64,000 bases of DNA from positions 485,351 through 549,350 of the forward strand of contig JBJKUL010000001.1 in the NCBI GenBank assembly GCA_045563135.1. Direction: 5' to 3'. The stretch's first letter is position 1, and the number at the start of each line of letters is the position of its first letter. Below, piece by piece: positions 20,337 to 30,195 of the stretch. The notes beneath the pieces were generated by a model, which had not been told where the DNA came from, did no database searches, and saw nothing but the letters and a program-made list of their open reading frames with translations. This DNA comes from Candidatus Actinomarina sp. (lineage in GTDB: Bacteria > Actinomycetota > Acidimicrobiia > Actinomarinales > Actinomarinaceae). The translations under genes were made by a program, and so were the position numbers.

Positions 20337-22145
20337 ATGGAAAAAATATCCACAAAAGAAATACCAGAGAACCCTGGGATATACATATTCAAAGATAAGT
20401 ACAACGACCCTTTGTATGTTGGTAAAGCAAAAAATTTACGCAAAAGAGTGCCTTCTTACTTCCGTGAGAATACTACTTGGAAAATAAAAAGATTAACATC
20501 TGAAGCAACTGAGATAAGTTTTATTACTTCTAAAAACGAAGCCGATGCATTGTTAGCTGAGTATTCTTTTATACAAGAATATAAACCAAAATATAATGTT
20601 CGTCTCAAGGATGATAAATCTTATCCCTATGTCACCTTGACTAATGAACAATGGCCAAGGGCATATGTTTCGAGAAGTATTAATGAAAAAAATATTAATT
20701 TTGGCCCCTTTCCTTTTATTGGCGCAGCACGGCGATCTCTTGATCACCTCATTAACATTTTTCCTGTAAGGACTTGTACAAAAAATGTTTTTGATAGACA
20801 TCAAAAACTTAACAAACCTTGTCTATTGTTTGACATAAAAAAGTGCGCAGGACCCTGTGTTGATGCAGTAGATGCTGAGTCCTATCAAGATATGCTTAAA
20901 AATATTGAAAATTTTTACTCCGGAAAATCAGACATGTACGTGAATGATAAAGTTTCAGAAATGAAGAAACATTCTCTAAATCAGGAGTATGAAAAAGCTA
21001 ATGAAGCAAAGAAACTCATTGAACATCTTGAAAATGCACGTTCAACTCAAACACTTATGGTTTCTAATACTAAGTCTGTAGATGTAATTGGTATAGATGT
21101 AAGCAATCTAGATGTAGTTATTTCTTGTTTACTAATTAGAAACGGACGAATTATTGGTGAAGTGAAAAAAACGTTTGAACCTATTGATACCAAAAAACAT
21201 GATGAATATTTGCCACAGATTATCTTATCTATATTTTCTGACAATCAACCATCAGAAGAAATCTTAGTTAGTCATAGTTTTCCTTATATTGAATTGATAC
21301 AAGATCAACTTTCAAAAAAATGGGGTAGGAGAATAGAATTAAAAACGCCTAAACAAGGTTGGAAAAAAGAGTTATTAAATACTGCAATAATCGATGCAAA
21401 GGAATTACGCAGAGTCGTTAATTTTAGAAGAAGAACTGATTTAGAATTTAGAACAAGATCTCTAGAACAATTAAAACATAAATTAAATTTATCTAATATT
21501 CCTTATCGTATTGAAGCATATGATATTTCTAACTTAGGACCAGAATATAGGGTTGGCTCTATGGTCGTGATGGAAGATGGGTTATCAAAGCCTTCAATGT
21601 ATAGAAAGTTTCATATAAAGTCTTTTCAAGGTCAAGATGATTTCAAATCTATGGAAGAGGTTTTATTTAGAAGGTTAAAGAGGTTGGCCAAGAACACTGA
21701 GAGTGATCCAAGCTTCAGAAGAAAACCTGATTTAATACTTATTGACGGGGGTAAAGGCCAATTGTCTTCAGCTAAAGGAGTATTAGACCACTTACAACTT
21801 GATATTGACATAGTAGGTCTTGCCAAAAGAGAAGAAGAGATTTTTAAACCCTTTCAGAAGGAACCAATAACGTTGAATAAAAACTCGGAAGCACTTTTTA
21901 CGCTTCAAAATATTAGAGACGAAGCTCACAGATTTGCTATAAATGAAAATAGACGTTTAAGAATAAAGAATTTTGATAAACAAACTCTTCTAAACATTGA
22001 AGGAGTTGGGGCTATATCTTCCAAGAAAATTTTAGACAAGTACAAGACAATAGATGTACTCTCAAAAGCAACTTATGAAGATTTAGTAGAGATAGTTAGT
22101 CCCAATATTGCAAGAAAAATATTCACTCATTTTAATGGACTTTAA
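20337..22145 (+). CDS. uvrC: Excinuclease ABC subunit C
   Basis: N-terminal GIY-YIG (PGIYIFKD ... YVGKAKNLRKR) and C-terminal HhH; starts 1 nt after the uvrA stop. Confidence 0.95.
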   Translation: MEKISTKEIPENPGIYIFKDKYNDPLYVGKAKNLRKRVPSYFRENTTWKIKRLTSEATEISFITSKNEADALLAEYSFIQEYKPKYNVRLKDDKSYPYVTLTNEQWPRAYVSRSINEKNINFGPFPFIGAARRSLDHLINIFPVRTCTKNVFDRHQKLNKPCLLFDIKKCAGPCVDAVDAESYQDMLKNIENFYSGKSDMYVNDKVSEMKKHSLNQEYEKANEAKKLIEHLENARSTQTLMVSNTKSVDVIGIDVSNLDVVISCLLIRNGRIIGEVKKTFEPIDTKKHDEYLPQIILSIFSDNQPSEEILVSHSFPYIELIQDQLSKKWGRRIELKTPKQGWKKELLNTAIIDAKELRRVVNFRRRTDLEFRTRSLEQLKHKLNLSNIPYRIEAYDISNLGPEYRVGSMVVMEDGLSKPSMYRKFHIKSFQGQDDFKSMEEVLFRRLKRLAKNTESDPSFRRKPDLILIDGGKGQLSSAKGVLDHLQLDIDIVGLAKREEEIFKPFQKEPITLNKNSEALFTLQNIRDEAHRFAINENRRLRIKNFDKQTLLNIEGVGAISSKKILDKYKTIDVLSKATYEDLVEIVSPNIARKIFTHFNGL

Positions 22146-22210
22146 TTAAGCATACATAAAAACTCTTCCATCTAAAAACAGGACAACTAGAATACTTATG
22201 AAAGGTAAAT

Positions 22211-23074
22211 TTGAGTACTAAAAGACCTGAAGTTTTATTACTAGTAGGGATGTCCGGTGCAGGGCGTTCTGCTAGTTCCAATGTCTTCGAAGATCTTGGG
22301 TACTATGTAATTGAAAACTTACCACCTGAATTAGTAGAGTCAGTAGTTGAATCAAATGATGTTGCAGAGTCAAACAAACAGTTAGTACTGACTATTGATG
22401 CAAGGGACGGATCGGCACAAGATGAGCTTAACAAAAGTCTTGAAAGATTAAGTCAATCTGGAGTTCTTACAAGAATGATTTTTCTAGATGCTAATAATGA
22501 AACTCTTATTGAAAGATATGAAGAAAATAGACGGCCACATCCAATGGGTCTAGATTCTCTTTCTCAATCTGTAAAAAACGAAAGAGATCAGTTGAAACCT
22601 ATTAAAGAACTTGCAGATCTAGTAATTGATACGACTGATATGAATGTTCATGAACTACGAAAAAGAATCATAGAAGGATTTCAAGGCGAAGCCACCAATC
22701 AAGATTTGAAAATATCGGTAACATCATTTGGATTCAAAAATGGTGCACCTAGGGATGCTGATATTGTACTTGATGTTAGGTTTTTACCTAATCCCCACTG
22801 GAGAGAAGAGCTAAGATCTTCAACAGGACAATCACCCATGGTAAGAAACTATGTTCTTTCTTTTGAGGATGCAGAGATATTTCTTGAAAAAACTAAAGAT
22901 TTAATTGATTTTTTACTTCCAAGATTTACTTCTGAGGGAAAATCTTATGTGGGTATTGCGATAGGGTGTACTGGTGGAAAACATAGAAGTGTTGTGATGA
23001 CAGAAGAAGTAGGCGGTTGGTTGATAAACGAGGGCAAGGATGCAGTCATCCTCCATCGAGATATGAAAGAATAG
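22211..23074 (+). CDS. rapZ: RNase adapter / nucleotide-binding protein RapZ (YvcJ family)
   Basis: P-loop GMSGAGRS; C-terminal GCTGGKHRS motif; TTG start. Confidence 0.85.
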   Translation: MSTKRPEVLLLVGMSGAGRSASSNVFEDLGYYVIENLPPELVESVVESNDVAESNKQLVLTIDARDGSAQDELNKSLERLSQSGVLTRMIFLDANNETLIERYEENRRPHPMGLDSLSQSVKNERDQLKPIKELADLVIDTTDMNVHELRKRIIEGFQGEATNQDLKISVTSFGFKNGAPRDADIVLDVRFLPNPHWREELRSSTGQSPMVRNYVLSFEDAEIFLEKTKDLIDFLLPRFTSEGKSYVGIAIGCTGGKHRSVVMTEEVGGWLINEGKDAVILHRDMKE

Positions 23075-23076
23075 TT

Positions 23077-24231
23077 TTGCCAGATCAAGAATTTCTTGGA
23101 AACACATTAATACGTGCTGATTTAAATTCACCAATTCAAAATAAAGAAGTACAGGATAACTTTAGAATTGCTAAAGCCATAGAAAATTTAGAAGAAATTA
23201 GATTGAACTCAAAATCTGTAACATTTTTAAGTCACCTTGGAAGACCAAATGGACGAGATGATAAATTTTCATTAAAACCAGTTGCAAAAGAAATGTCTAA
23301 TTTACTTGGTGAAGAGATAATCTTTATTGACACTATAAAGAATAATGAAATAAAAGAAAACCTTGAAAAAAATCCTGGAAGAATCTTTTTGTTGGAAAAT
23401 TTAAGATTTTATGATGAAGAATTAAATAATAATTTAGACTTTTCACAAAAAGTTACAAGCAGCTTTGATACATTTATTTTAGATGCTTTTGGTGCAGCGC
23501 ACAGAAGTCATGCGTCTATTGTTTCCTTTGGTAAGTATATAAAATCTTATCAAGGCAAGCTTATGACTGAAGAAGTTGAAAATCTAAACAACCTTATCAA
23601 TTCCCCTCAGAAGCCTTTTACAGTATTACTAGGTGGTGCAAAGATTTCTGACAAATTAAAGTTAATTGATAATTTATTACCACGTGTTGATCACTTACTT
23701 ATCGGTGGAGGTATGTGCTTTACCTTTTTAAAAGCAAATGGCTTAAATATTGGTAAATCACTTTGTGAGGATGATTATTTAGAAACTGCACAAAAAATTC
23801 TTAATTCAAATCATGGTCATAAAATTCATCTTCCTGTTGATTTTGGTGTTACTACTTCAATTGAAAGTGGATTAAGAAAAGATAAGAATATTGATAATTT
23901 TAGTAATGATGATATTGGTGTAGATATTTCTTCAGAAACAATACAAAAATTTGGATCGATATTGGAAAAATCAAAAACTGTTTTCTGGAATGGTCCAATG
24001 GGTATATTTGAAAATCCTAATTTTAAATTAGGAACTGAAGAAATAACTAAAAAAGTTTCTTCCCTAAAAGCTTATACAGTTGTAGGTGGTGGGGATTCTG
24101 TAAATGCTATCAAAATGTTCTCAAATCTATCAGATTTTGATCATATATCTACAGGCGGCGGTGCTTCGTTGAAGTATTTAGAAGGAGGTCAATTGCCTGG
24201 TGTAAATATATATAATCCTCTTATACTTTAG
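23077..24231 (+). CDS. pgk: Phosphoglycerate kinase (start uncertain: TTG at 23077 or ATG at 23017 overlapping rapZ)
   Basis: Motifs LIRADLNSP, FLSHLGRP, NLRFY, DAFGAAHRSHAS, GGGASL. Confidence 0.9.
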   Translation: MPDQEFLGNTLIRADLNSPIQNKEVQDNFRIAKAIENLEEIRLNSKSVTFLSHLGRPNGRDDKFSLKPVAKEMSNLLGEEIIFIDTIKNNEIKENLEKNPGRIFLLENLRFYDEELNNNLDFSQKVTSSFDTFILDAFGAAHRSHASIVSFGKYIKSYQGKLMTEEVENLNNLINSPQKPFTVLLGGAKISDKLKLIDNLLPRVDHLLIGGGMCFTFLKANGLNIGKSLCEDDYLETAQKILNSNHGHKIHLPVDFGVTTSIESGLRKDKNIDNFSNDDIGVDISSETIQKFGSILEKSKTVFWNGPMGIFENPNFKLGTEEITKKVSSLKAYTVVGGGDSVNAIKMFSNLSDFDHISTGGGASLKYLEGGQLPGVNIYNPLIL

Positions 24232-24235
24232 ATTT

Positions 24236-25000
24236 ATGAAAAAAATTATAATAGGTAACTGGAAGCTAAATCTTGATCATTTTGAAGCAATTCAACTTCT
24301 CCAGAAATTAAATTACTCTCTAGAAGTAAATATAGAAGAAAGCATAGACATAGTCCTAGCCCCATCCCACACTTCATTAAGATCCTTACAAACAATAGTT
24401 GATGCTGATAAATTAAAAATAAAGATCTCATCTCAAGATGTTTCCGCTTATCTAAATGGCCCTTATACAGGTGAAGTATCATCAACCCAATTAAGTAAGT
24501 TGAATATAAGTTATTCTATAGTAGGTCATTCCGAGAGGAGAACACATTTTAATGAATCAGATGAGACAGTAAATCTTAAAGTCCATAACTGTATTAATGA
24601 AAATATTACTCCGATAATATGTTTTGGTGAGTCAGAAGAGCTTAGGGAAAGAAATGAATATTTGCCATTTATAGTAAATCAAGTCAGCAATGCAGTAAAG
24701 GGAATTCGAAAAGATAAGGTTGACGAACTTATTTTTGCTTATGAGCCGATATGGGCAATTGGAACTGGTAGGGTAGCTTCTGTAGAAGATGCAATCGAGG
24801 TTATTGCCGCTGTAAAAGAAGAGATTTCAAGCAAGCCATATTTTGATCAAGAAAAAGTTAGATTTATTTATGGTGGAAGTGTATCTCCAACAAATGCTTC
24901 AGAGCTACTAAATTCTAAAATTATAGACGGAGCTCTTGTCGGAGGAGCCTCTCTCGATGTAGAAAAGTTTGTACAAATAATTAAGGCTGTCAAATTATGA
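24236..25000 (+). CDS. tpiA: Triosephosphate isomerase
   Basis: IIGNWKLN, VGHSERR, AYEPIWAIGTG. Confidence 0.95.
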   Translation: MKKIIIGNWKLNLDHFEAIQLLQKLNYSLEVNIEESIDIVLAPSHTSLRSLQTIVDADKLKIKISSQDVSAYLNGPYTGEVSSTQLSKLNISYSIVGHSERRTHFNESDETVNLKVHNCINENITPIICFGESEELRERNEYLPFIVNQVSNAVKGIRKDKVDELIFAYEPIWAIGTGRVASVEDAIEVIAAVKEEISSKPYFDQEKVRFIYGGSVSPTNASELLNSKIIDGALVGGASLDVEKFVQIIKAVKL

Positions 25001-25740
25001 ACCTAATATTTGTTCGTCATGGACAGAGCGATTGGAATAAACTCAATAAATTTACAGGATGGGTTGATGTGGGCCTTTCAAAAAGAGGAGAAACAGAAGC
25101 TATTGAAGCAGGTAATCTTTTATCTAGTTTAGGTTTCTTACCATACGTTTGTTACTCGTCTTTTTTAAAGCGATCAATAGATACAGCTTCACTTGTCTTA
25201 GAGCAACTTTTTATAGATAAGTCACATGAATTAGACAGGATCAAAACCTGGCAACTAAATGAGAGACATTATGGTGCGCTCCAAGGTTTAGATAAATTGG
25301 AAACTGCAAAAAAATTTGGTGAAGATCAAGTCCTTAAGTGGCGTAGGGGTTATAAAGTTAAACCTCCTCTAGTAGAGTTGGGTACTGAATTTGATCCAAC
25401 CTTAGATAGTAAATATAAAGATTTAGCAGAAGCCATGCCCTTAGGTGAATCATTGGAAGACGTTGTCTTCAGAGTTAAAGGTATACTTTCAGAGATTATT
25501 AATGCTACTCAAGACGGAAAGGTTTTAGTAGTTGCTCACGGAAACAGTATTCGTGCAATGATTAAAATTCTGCAGAATATTTCCGATGAAGAAATTGTGG
25601 ATATAAATATTCCAACAGGAATTCCACTCGCATTTAACATTAATGATGATAAAATAACAAGAATTGGATATCTAGGTGATAAAGACAAAATCCAAAAACT
25701 AGAAGATGAAGTAAAACAACAATCTAGGGTGAAAGAGTAA
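24997..25740 (+). CDS. gpmA: 2,3-bisphosphoglycerate-dependent phosphoglycerate mutase
   Basis: LIFVRHGQSDWN and LNERHYGALQGL motifs. Confidence 0.85.
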   Translation: MNLIFVRHGQSDWNKLNKFTGWVDVGLSKRGETEAIEAGNLLSSLGFLPYVCYSSFLKRSIDTASLVLEQLFIDKSHELDRIKTWQLNERHYGALQGLDKLETAKKFGEDQVLKWRRGYKVKPPLVELGTEFDPTLDSKYKDLAEAMPLGESLEDVVFRVKGILSEIINATQDGKVLVVAHGNSIRAMIKILQNISDEEIVDINIPTGIPLAFNINDDKITRIGYLGDKDKIQKLEDEVKQQSRVKE

Positions 25741-25744
25741 AATT

Positions 25745-25981
25745 ATGGATACATTAACAGCGAGTCTTGTTGCTATACACATTGTTGTTTCTATTGCGCT
25801 CATCGCATTGGTGCTGCTTAATAGTGGGAAAGGTGGAGGTCTTTCAGATATGCTTGGAGGCCCTGGAGCTTCGGGAAACATAGGGCAAACCTTGGCAGAA
25901 AGAAATTTGAGTAGAATAACGGCTTTTGTTGCTTTATTGTTCTCAATAACAACATTACTTCTTTTTTGGTTTCTTGACTGA
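25745..25981 (+). CDS. secG: Preprotein translocase subunit SecG
   Basis: 78 aa, two TM segments, glycine-rich loop LNSGKGGGLSDMLGG. Confidence 0.85.
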   Translation: MDTLTASLVAIHIVVSIALIALVLLNSGKGGGLSDMLGGPGASGNIGQTLAERNLSRITAFVALLFSITTLLLFWFLD

Positions 25982-25985
25982 TTTA

Positions 25986-26069
25986 GCGCGGGTGGCGGAA
26001 CTGGTAGACGCGCAGGATTAAGGATCCTGTGGGGTAAGACCCGTGGAGGTTCGAGTCCTCTTCCGCGCA
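25986..26069 (+). tRNA. tRNA-Leu with anticodon AAG (A at wobble position 34), class II long variable arm
   Basis: Acceptor GCGCGGG/TCCGCGC, D-arm GCG-AACTGGTAGA-CGC, anticodon stem CAGGA/TCCTG with loop TTAAGGA (positions 34-36 = AAG), variable hairpin GGGGTAAGACCC, T-arm GGAGG-TTCGAGT-CCTCT, A73. Confidence 0.8.
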
Positions 26070-26074
26070 CAATT

Positions 26075-26737
26075 ATGGAAACAAAAAAAACAATAGCTAT
26101 AATTAATGACCCTCAAGTAACACTTGGGTCAATTCAACCTAATGACATCGATCAAATCTTTGCATGGGAGATAGATTGGAAGTCATTAAGCCCTAAAGAC
26201 AACTATATAATTCTAGGTGGGCATATGGGAGCCTATGACACAGAGGAATTTCCTTACCTAACTTCAGAAAAAAAATGGCTTAGAAAAGTAATCCCTTTGG
26301 GTACGAAAATACTTGGTATATGTTTAGGTGCACAATTAATAGCAGATGCGATGGGTGGAAAAGCTTATCTTTCTGATGAAATTGAATTTGGTTTCAAAAA
26401 ATTAGAATTTCATAATAATTATGATTTTTTAAGTAAGTTTGAAAATCTTAGTGTTTTCGTTTGGCATAGAGATACGTTCACATTGCCTCCTGATGCAGAA
26501 CTTATAGCAACGAGTGAATTCCCACAGATATTTAAATTATTTAATACTTTTGCACTTCAGTTTCACCCAGAAATAACAAAAGAACTATTTGATATTTGGT
26601 ACAACAATGACATCAGTAAAAAAGAACTTTCAAAATTTAATATCTCTCAAGTTAGAACTCATTTAGCTAATAACGAAGAGTTGATAGCAAACGGAATGAA
26701 TAAGTTATATGAAGATTGGAAAAATTTAAAACTCTAG
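26075..26737 (+). CDS. Class I glutamine amidotransferase-like protein
   Basis: ILGICLGAQLIA nucleophile-elbow motif with C-terminal His region (FHPE). Confidence 0.65.
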   Translation: METKKTIAIINDPQVTLGSIQPNDIDQIFAWEIDWKSLSPKDNYIILGGHMGAYDTEEFPYLTSEKKWLRKVIPLGTKILGICLGAQLIADAMGGKAYLSDEIEFGFKKLEFHNNYDFLSKFENLSVFVWHRDTFTLPPDAELIATSEFPQIFKLFNTFALQFHPEITKELFDIWYNNDISKKELSKFNISQVRTHLANNEELIANGMNKLYEDWKNLKL

Positions 26738-27304
26738 TTCATTTATTTTATTTACGTAACTTTTTAAAATCTCATATCTTTTTAATACATCATTTTCGTA
26801 TATAATCTTACTTCTCAAGTCATCTGACATAGGAATTTTGGAGGAAAGTTCCCAGAGTTTTAATATTCTGTTGCTGGTGTCAATTTCAAAAACTGGCAAA
26901 TCTATATCTAGTCCTTGTTCTACCATTTTCCCAATACCTTTGGTAATATCTTTTTGTAGTTTAATCAACTCTTCCTCAGTGGGAGGTAGGCCTATATCGC
27001 TAATTCTTTCACATAGTGCCTTAGGGTATTCATTTTCTGAAAGAAGGTCTAGGGTCTTAATCAAACCTGTACACTCAACTACAACAATTTGTTCTGCATT
27101 TGAAATATCTTTATGATCAATAATTTTTACTTCTGATACAATTTGACCAATTTCTGATAAGTTTTTGCCAACACTAAAAAGTGTGTCATTCTTTATGCTG
27201 TCTCCTATAAGAAGCAAATATCGAGGCTCAAATACTCTTAATACAGAAATCTCAGTAGGAAAATAATTAATACCAGCACCAAATAATGGAATTTCAACTA
27301 TCAT
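26726..27304 (-). CDS. Stand-alone Lon N-terminal (LON substrate-binding) domain protein
   Basis: IPLFGAG...VLRVFEPRYLLLI matches the PF02190-type LPLFPL...FEPRY N-terminus. Confidence 0.55.
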   Translation of the reverse strand: MIVEIPLFGAGINYFPTEISVLRVFEPRYLLLIGDSIKNDTLFSVGKNLSEIGQIVSEVKIIDHKDISNAEQIVVVECTGLIKTLDLLSENEYPKALCERISDIGLPPTEEELIKLQKDITKGIGKMVEQGLDIDLPVFEIDTSNRILKLWELSSKIPMSDDLRSKIIYENDVLKRYEILKSYVNKINELEF

Positions 27305-27339
27305 ATTCGTGGTATTTAGGATAAGTGATTTAAAACGAT

Positions 27340-28386
27340 ATGAGAATAGAAGATGAAATAAAGTTAACCTTTGATGATGTTTTGATTAGACCAAAAAGAA
27401 GTACATTGGTCTCAAGATCAGAAGTTGAACTTAATAGAGAATTTAAATTTAGACATTCTGACCAAAAATGGACAGGTGTCCCTATTTTTTCTGCGAATAT
27501 GGATACAACTGGTACATTTGAAACTGCTAAAGCTTTACAGAATCACAACATGTTAACGGCGGTACATAAGTTCTATACATTAAATGATTGGGAAGAAAAC
27601 CTCCCAAATCTTAATCCCGAATATCTCGCTGTTACAGTAGGAACTTCAGATGATGATTTTCAAAAATCTATTGATATTTTTTCTTTGGAAGAGAGCATTA
27701 AGTTCTTATGCTTGGATGTTGCAAATGGATATAGAGAAGATTTTGTAGTTTCAGTCAAGAAATACAGAGAAAGATTTCCTAGCAAGATTATTATTGCTGG
27801 AAATGTTGCAACAAGAGAAATGACCGAAGCATTAATTTTAGCTGGAGCTGATATTGTCAAAATAGGGATTGGACCTGGATCCGTATGTACAACTAGGAAA
27901 GTAGCAGGTGTAGGATACCCACAACTTTCATCAATTTCAGAGTGTTCAGATGCTGCTCATGGTCTAGGGGGCCATGTTATTGCTGATGGCGGATGCAAGT
28001 ATCCTGGTGATGTTTCAAAAGCCTTTGGAGCTGGTGCTGATTATGTGATGCTTGGAGGAATTTTCGCTGGACACGCAGAGTCAGGTGGAGAACTAGTAAC
28101 AGATGACAATGGAGTCCAATACAAAGATTTTTATGGAATGTCCTCTAGGAAAGCCCAAGAAACTTATTATGGTGATCTAGCTGAACACAGAGCTCCGGAA
28201 GGTAAAAAAGTTAGATTGAAGTATAAAGGAAATATTGATACAACAGTTCAGTCTATTCTTGGAGGTATTAGGTCTGCATGTTCCTATGTTGGCGCTAAAT
28301 CCATAAAAGATTTACCAAAAAGTACAACCTTTATAAGGGTTACACAGACAACAAATGAAATCTACACAGGATCAGAAAATAGTTGA
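27340..28386 (+). CDS. guaC: GMP reductase
   Basis: N-terminus [37 protein letters not shown] near-collinear with E. coli GuaC; IMPDH/GMPR TIM barrel [11 protein letters not shown]. Confidence 0.85.
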   Translation: MRIEDEIKLTFDDVLIRPKRSTLVSRSEVELNREFKFRHSDQKWTGVPIFSANMDTTGTFETAKALQNHNMLTAVHKFYTLNDWEENLPNLNPEYLAVTVGTSDDDFQKSIDIFSLEESIKFLCLDVANGYREDFVVSVKKYRERFPSKIIIAGNVATREMTEALILAGADIVKIGIGPGSVCTTRKVAGVGYPQLSSISECSDAAHGLGGHVIADGGCKYPGDVSKAFGAGADYVMLGGIFAGHAESGGELVTDDNGVQYKDFYGMSSRKAQETYYGDLAEHRAPEGKKVRLKYKGNIDTTVQSILGGIRSACSYVGAKSIKDLPKSTTFIRVTQTTNEIYTGSENS

Positions 28387-28619
28387 AAATAGAAATTTAT
28401 ACAAAAGATAACTGTATTTGGTGCGATAGAGCAAAAACTCTTCTTGCTTCTGAAGATTTAGAATATAAAGAATTCGATTTATCAGATGATAAATTAAGAG
28501 CTGAATTCTATTCAAAAATAGGTAATGACGTAAAGACAGTTCCTCAAATTTTTATTGATAATGAACGTGTTGGGGGATACCAAGATTTAGTAAGGTGGTT
28601 TTCAAATGGCATCAAGTGA
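28383..28619 (+). CDS. Glutaredoxin
   Basis: CIWC active site and [18 protein letters not shown]. Confidence 0.8.
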   Translation: MKIEIYTKDNCIWCDRAKTLLASEDLEYKEFDLSDDKLRAEFYSKIGNDVKTVPQIFIDNERVGGYQDLVRWFSNGIK

Positions 28620-29508
28620 ATCTTCAAAAACTGTTTTTTTAGCTATGTCTGTTAACTTCTCAATTGGAGTTGCAAAATCAATTATTGCAACCATTACGAT
28701 GTCCAGTGCTATGTTTTCTGAAGCAGTACATTCTTTTGTGGATACAGGTAATCAATTCCTTCTTTGGTTTGGTATCAAACAAGCTAAAAAGTCCAATCCT
28801 AAAATTTATCCATTGGGGAGAGGTAGGGAAGAATATTTCTGGACGCTTGTTGTAGCCGTATTGATTTTTACAATTGGTGGATTAGTCTCACTTGAACATG
28901 GAATTGAATCTTTATCTCATCCAAAAAAATTGGAAAACTTATCAATATCTCTTACTTTATTAATTGTTTCGATAATTCTCGAGTCATATGTTTTAAAAAA
29001 AGCAATAAGTGAATTAAAGAGAGGTAAGGCAAAAAACAAAGGTATATTGAAACTTTTGAAAGAATCTACTGATGGACCACTGATTGCTATTGTTGTTGAA
29101 GATTTTGCTGCCACCTTGGGGTTAATTTTTGCACTAGTTGGAACAGTTCTCTCATTTATAACTCAAAATTCTGTTTATGACTCAATTTCAGCTATTTCAA
29201 TAGGAATTCTACTGATGGTATCAGGAATATTTTTAGGATATGAGATGAAACATTTAATAACTGGAGAAAGTATTTCTAACGAAAAACTTAAAAAAATTAA
29301 ACAATTAATCTCCTCAAATGAACAAGTTCTAAATTTATCTAATCTGAAAATACTACCAATAGGTAGCAATCAATACCTTGCTTTAATTAATCTAGATTAT
29401 AGGGATTCCTTAAAAGATGAAGAAATAATTACTGTAAATTCATCTTTAATTAATTCAATCAAAAACTCTGAACCATCAATTAGTGAAATTTACTTTAATC
29501 CTCAGTAA
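28606..29508 (+). CDS. Cation diffusion facilitator (CDF) family metal efflux transporter
   Basis: Six TM helices; HSFVDTGNQ metal-site motif in TM2; cytoplasmic C-terminal domain. Confidence 0.75.
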   Translation: MASSESSKTVFLAMSVNFSIGVAKSIIATITMSSAMFSEAVHSFVDTGNQFLLWFGIKQAKKSNPKIYPLGRGREEYFWTLVVAVLIFTIGGLVSLEHGIESLSHPKKLENLSISLTLLIVSIILESYVLKKAISELKRGKAKNKGILKLLKESTDGPLIAIVVEDFAATLGLIFALVGTVLSFITQNSVYDSISAISIGILLMVSGIFLGYEMKHLITGESISNEKLKKIKQLISSNEQVLNLSNLKILPIGSNQYLALINLDYRDSLKDEEIITVNSSLINSIKNSEPSISEIYFNPQ

Positions 29509-29522
29509 GATATCATAATTTT

Positions 29523-29894
29523 ATGGAAATTAATAAAGACCATTTGTCGGAAGAGCAAATTCAAGTAACTCAATTTTGTGGTACGGAGCCACCATTCTCA
29601 GGGAAATTACTTGATGAAAAAAGAAAAGGTGAGTATATTTGCACAGTCTGTAAAGAAGTACTTTTTGACTCAACTTCTAAATATGAATCAGGATCAGGTT
29701 GGCCAAGTTTCTTTGATGCTGCAGAAGGTAAGGTGTCAACGAGGATTGATAACTCCCTAGGCATGACACGGACTGAAATACTCTGTAAAAATTGCTCATC
29801 ACATTTAGGTCATGTATTTCCAGATGGACCCAAGCCAACTGGTAACAGATACTGTGTAAACAGTCTTAGTTTAGATTTTATAACTCATGAGTGA
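29523..29894 (+). CDS. msrB: Peptide-methionine (R)-S-oxide reductase
   Basis: [29 protein letters not shown]. Confidence 0.9.
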   Translation: MEINKDHLSEEQIQVTQFCGTEPPFSGKLLDEKRKGEYICTVCKEVLFDSTSKYESGSGWPSFFDAAEGKVSTRIDNSLGMTRTEILCKNCSSHLGHVFPDGPKPTGNRYCVNSLSLDFITHE

Positions 29895-30195
29895 AATTTT
29901 TATTGATAGCGATTGTAGTGTCTGCAATACATATGGTTCATTCTTGAATAAAAGAAATAAAAATCTAAATATCTCTAGTCACCAAGAATTAAACAAGTCA
30001 GATTTTGAAAAGGATGAGGTTATTTACTTAAAAGATAATATTAAATACTATGCATCAGATGCAGTAATTGAATCCATTTACGATCTTGGTGGTGTTTACA
30101 AGACTGTAAAAATATTAACCCTAGTTCCCTTAACAATTCGTCATTTTGTTTATAAAGTAATTTCTAAAAACAGGAAAAGGTTTTTTTATAAATAA
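29887..30195 (+). CDS. Thiol-disulfide oxidoreductase DCC (DUF393) family protein
   Basis: N-terminal [11 protein letters not shown] (DxxCxxC) and C-terminal [10 protein letters not shown]. Confidence 0.6.
   Translation: MSEIFIDSDCSVCNTYGSFLNKRNKNLNISSHQELNKSDFEKDEVIYLKDNIKYYASDAVIESIYDLGGVYKTVKILTLVPLTIRHFVYKVISKNRKRFFYK

Noticed and set aside
13685-20443. Internal antisense and alternative-frame ORFs within rpsA, coaE, uvrB and uvrA (13685-13963, 14390-14623, 15320-15508, 16123-16332, 17250-17534, 19313-19540, 19622-19846, 19970-20443)
   Set aside because: Nested in strongly supported genes; no independent start signals.
20553-23134. Antisense ORFs inside uvrC (20553-20804, 21047-21244, 21632-21826) and at the rapZ/pgk junction (22913-23134)
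   Set aside because: Nested in strongly supported genes; no independent start signals.
25699-26070. 123-aa minus-strand ORF rich in Pro/Arg
   Set aside because: Antisense read-through of the tRNA-Leu(AAG) gene and secG; GC-rich tRNA sequence gives a spurious open frame.
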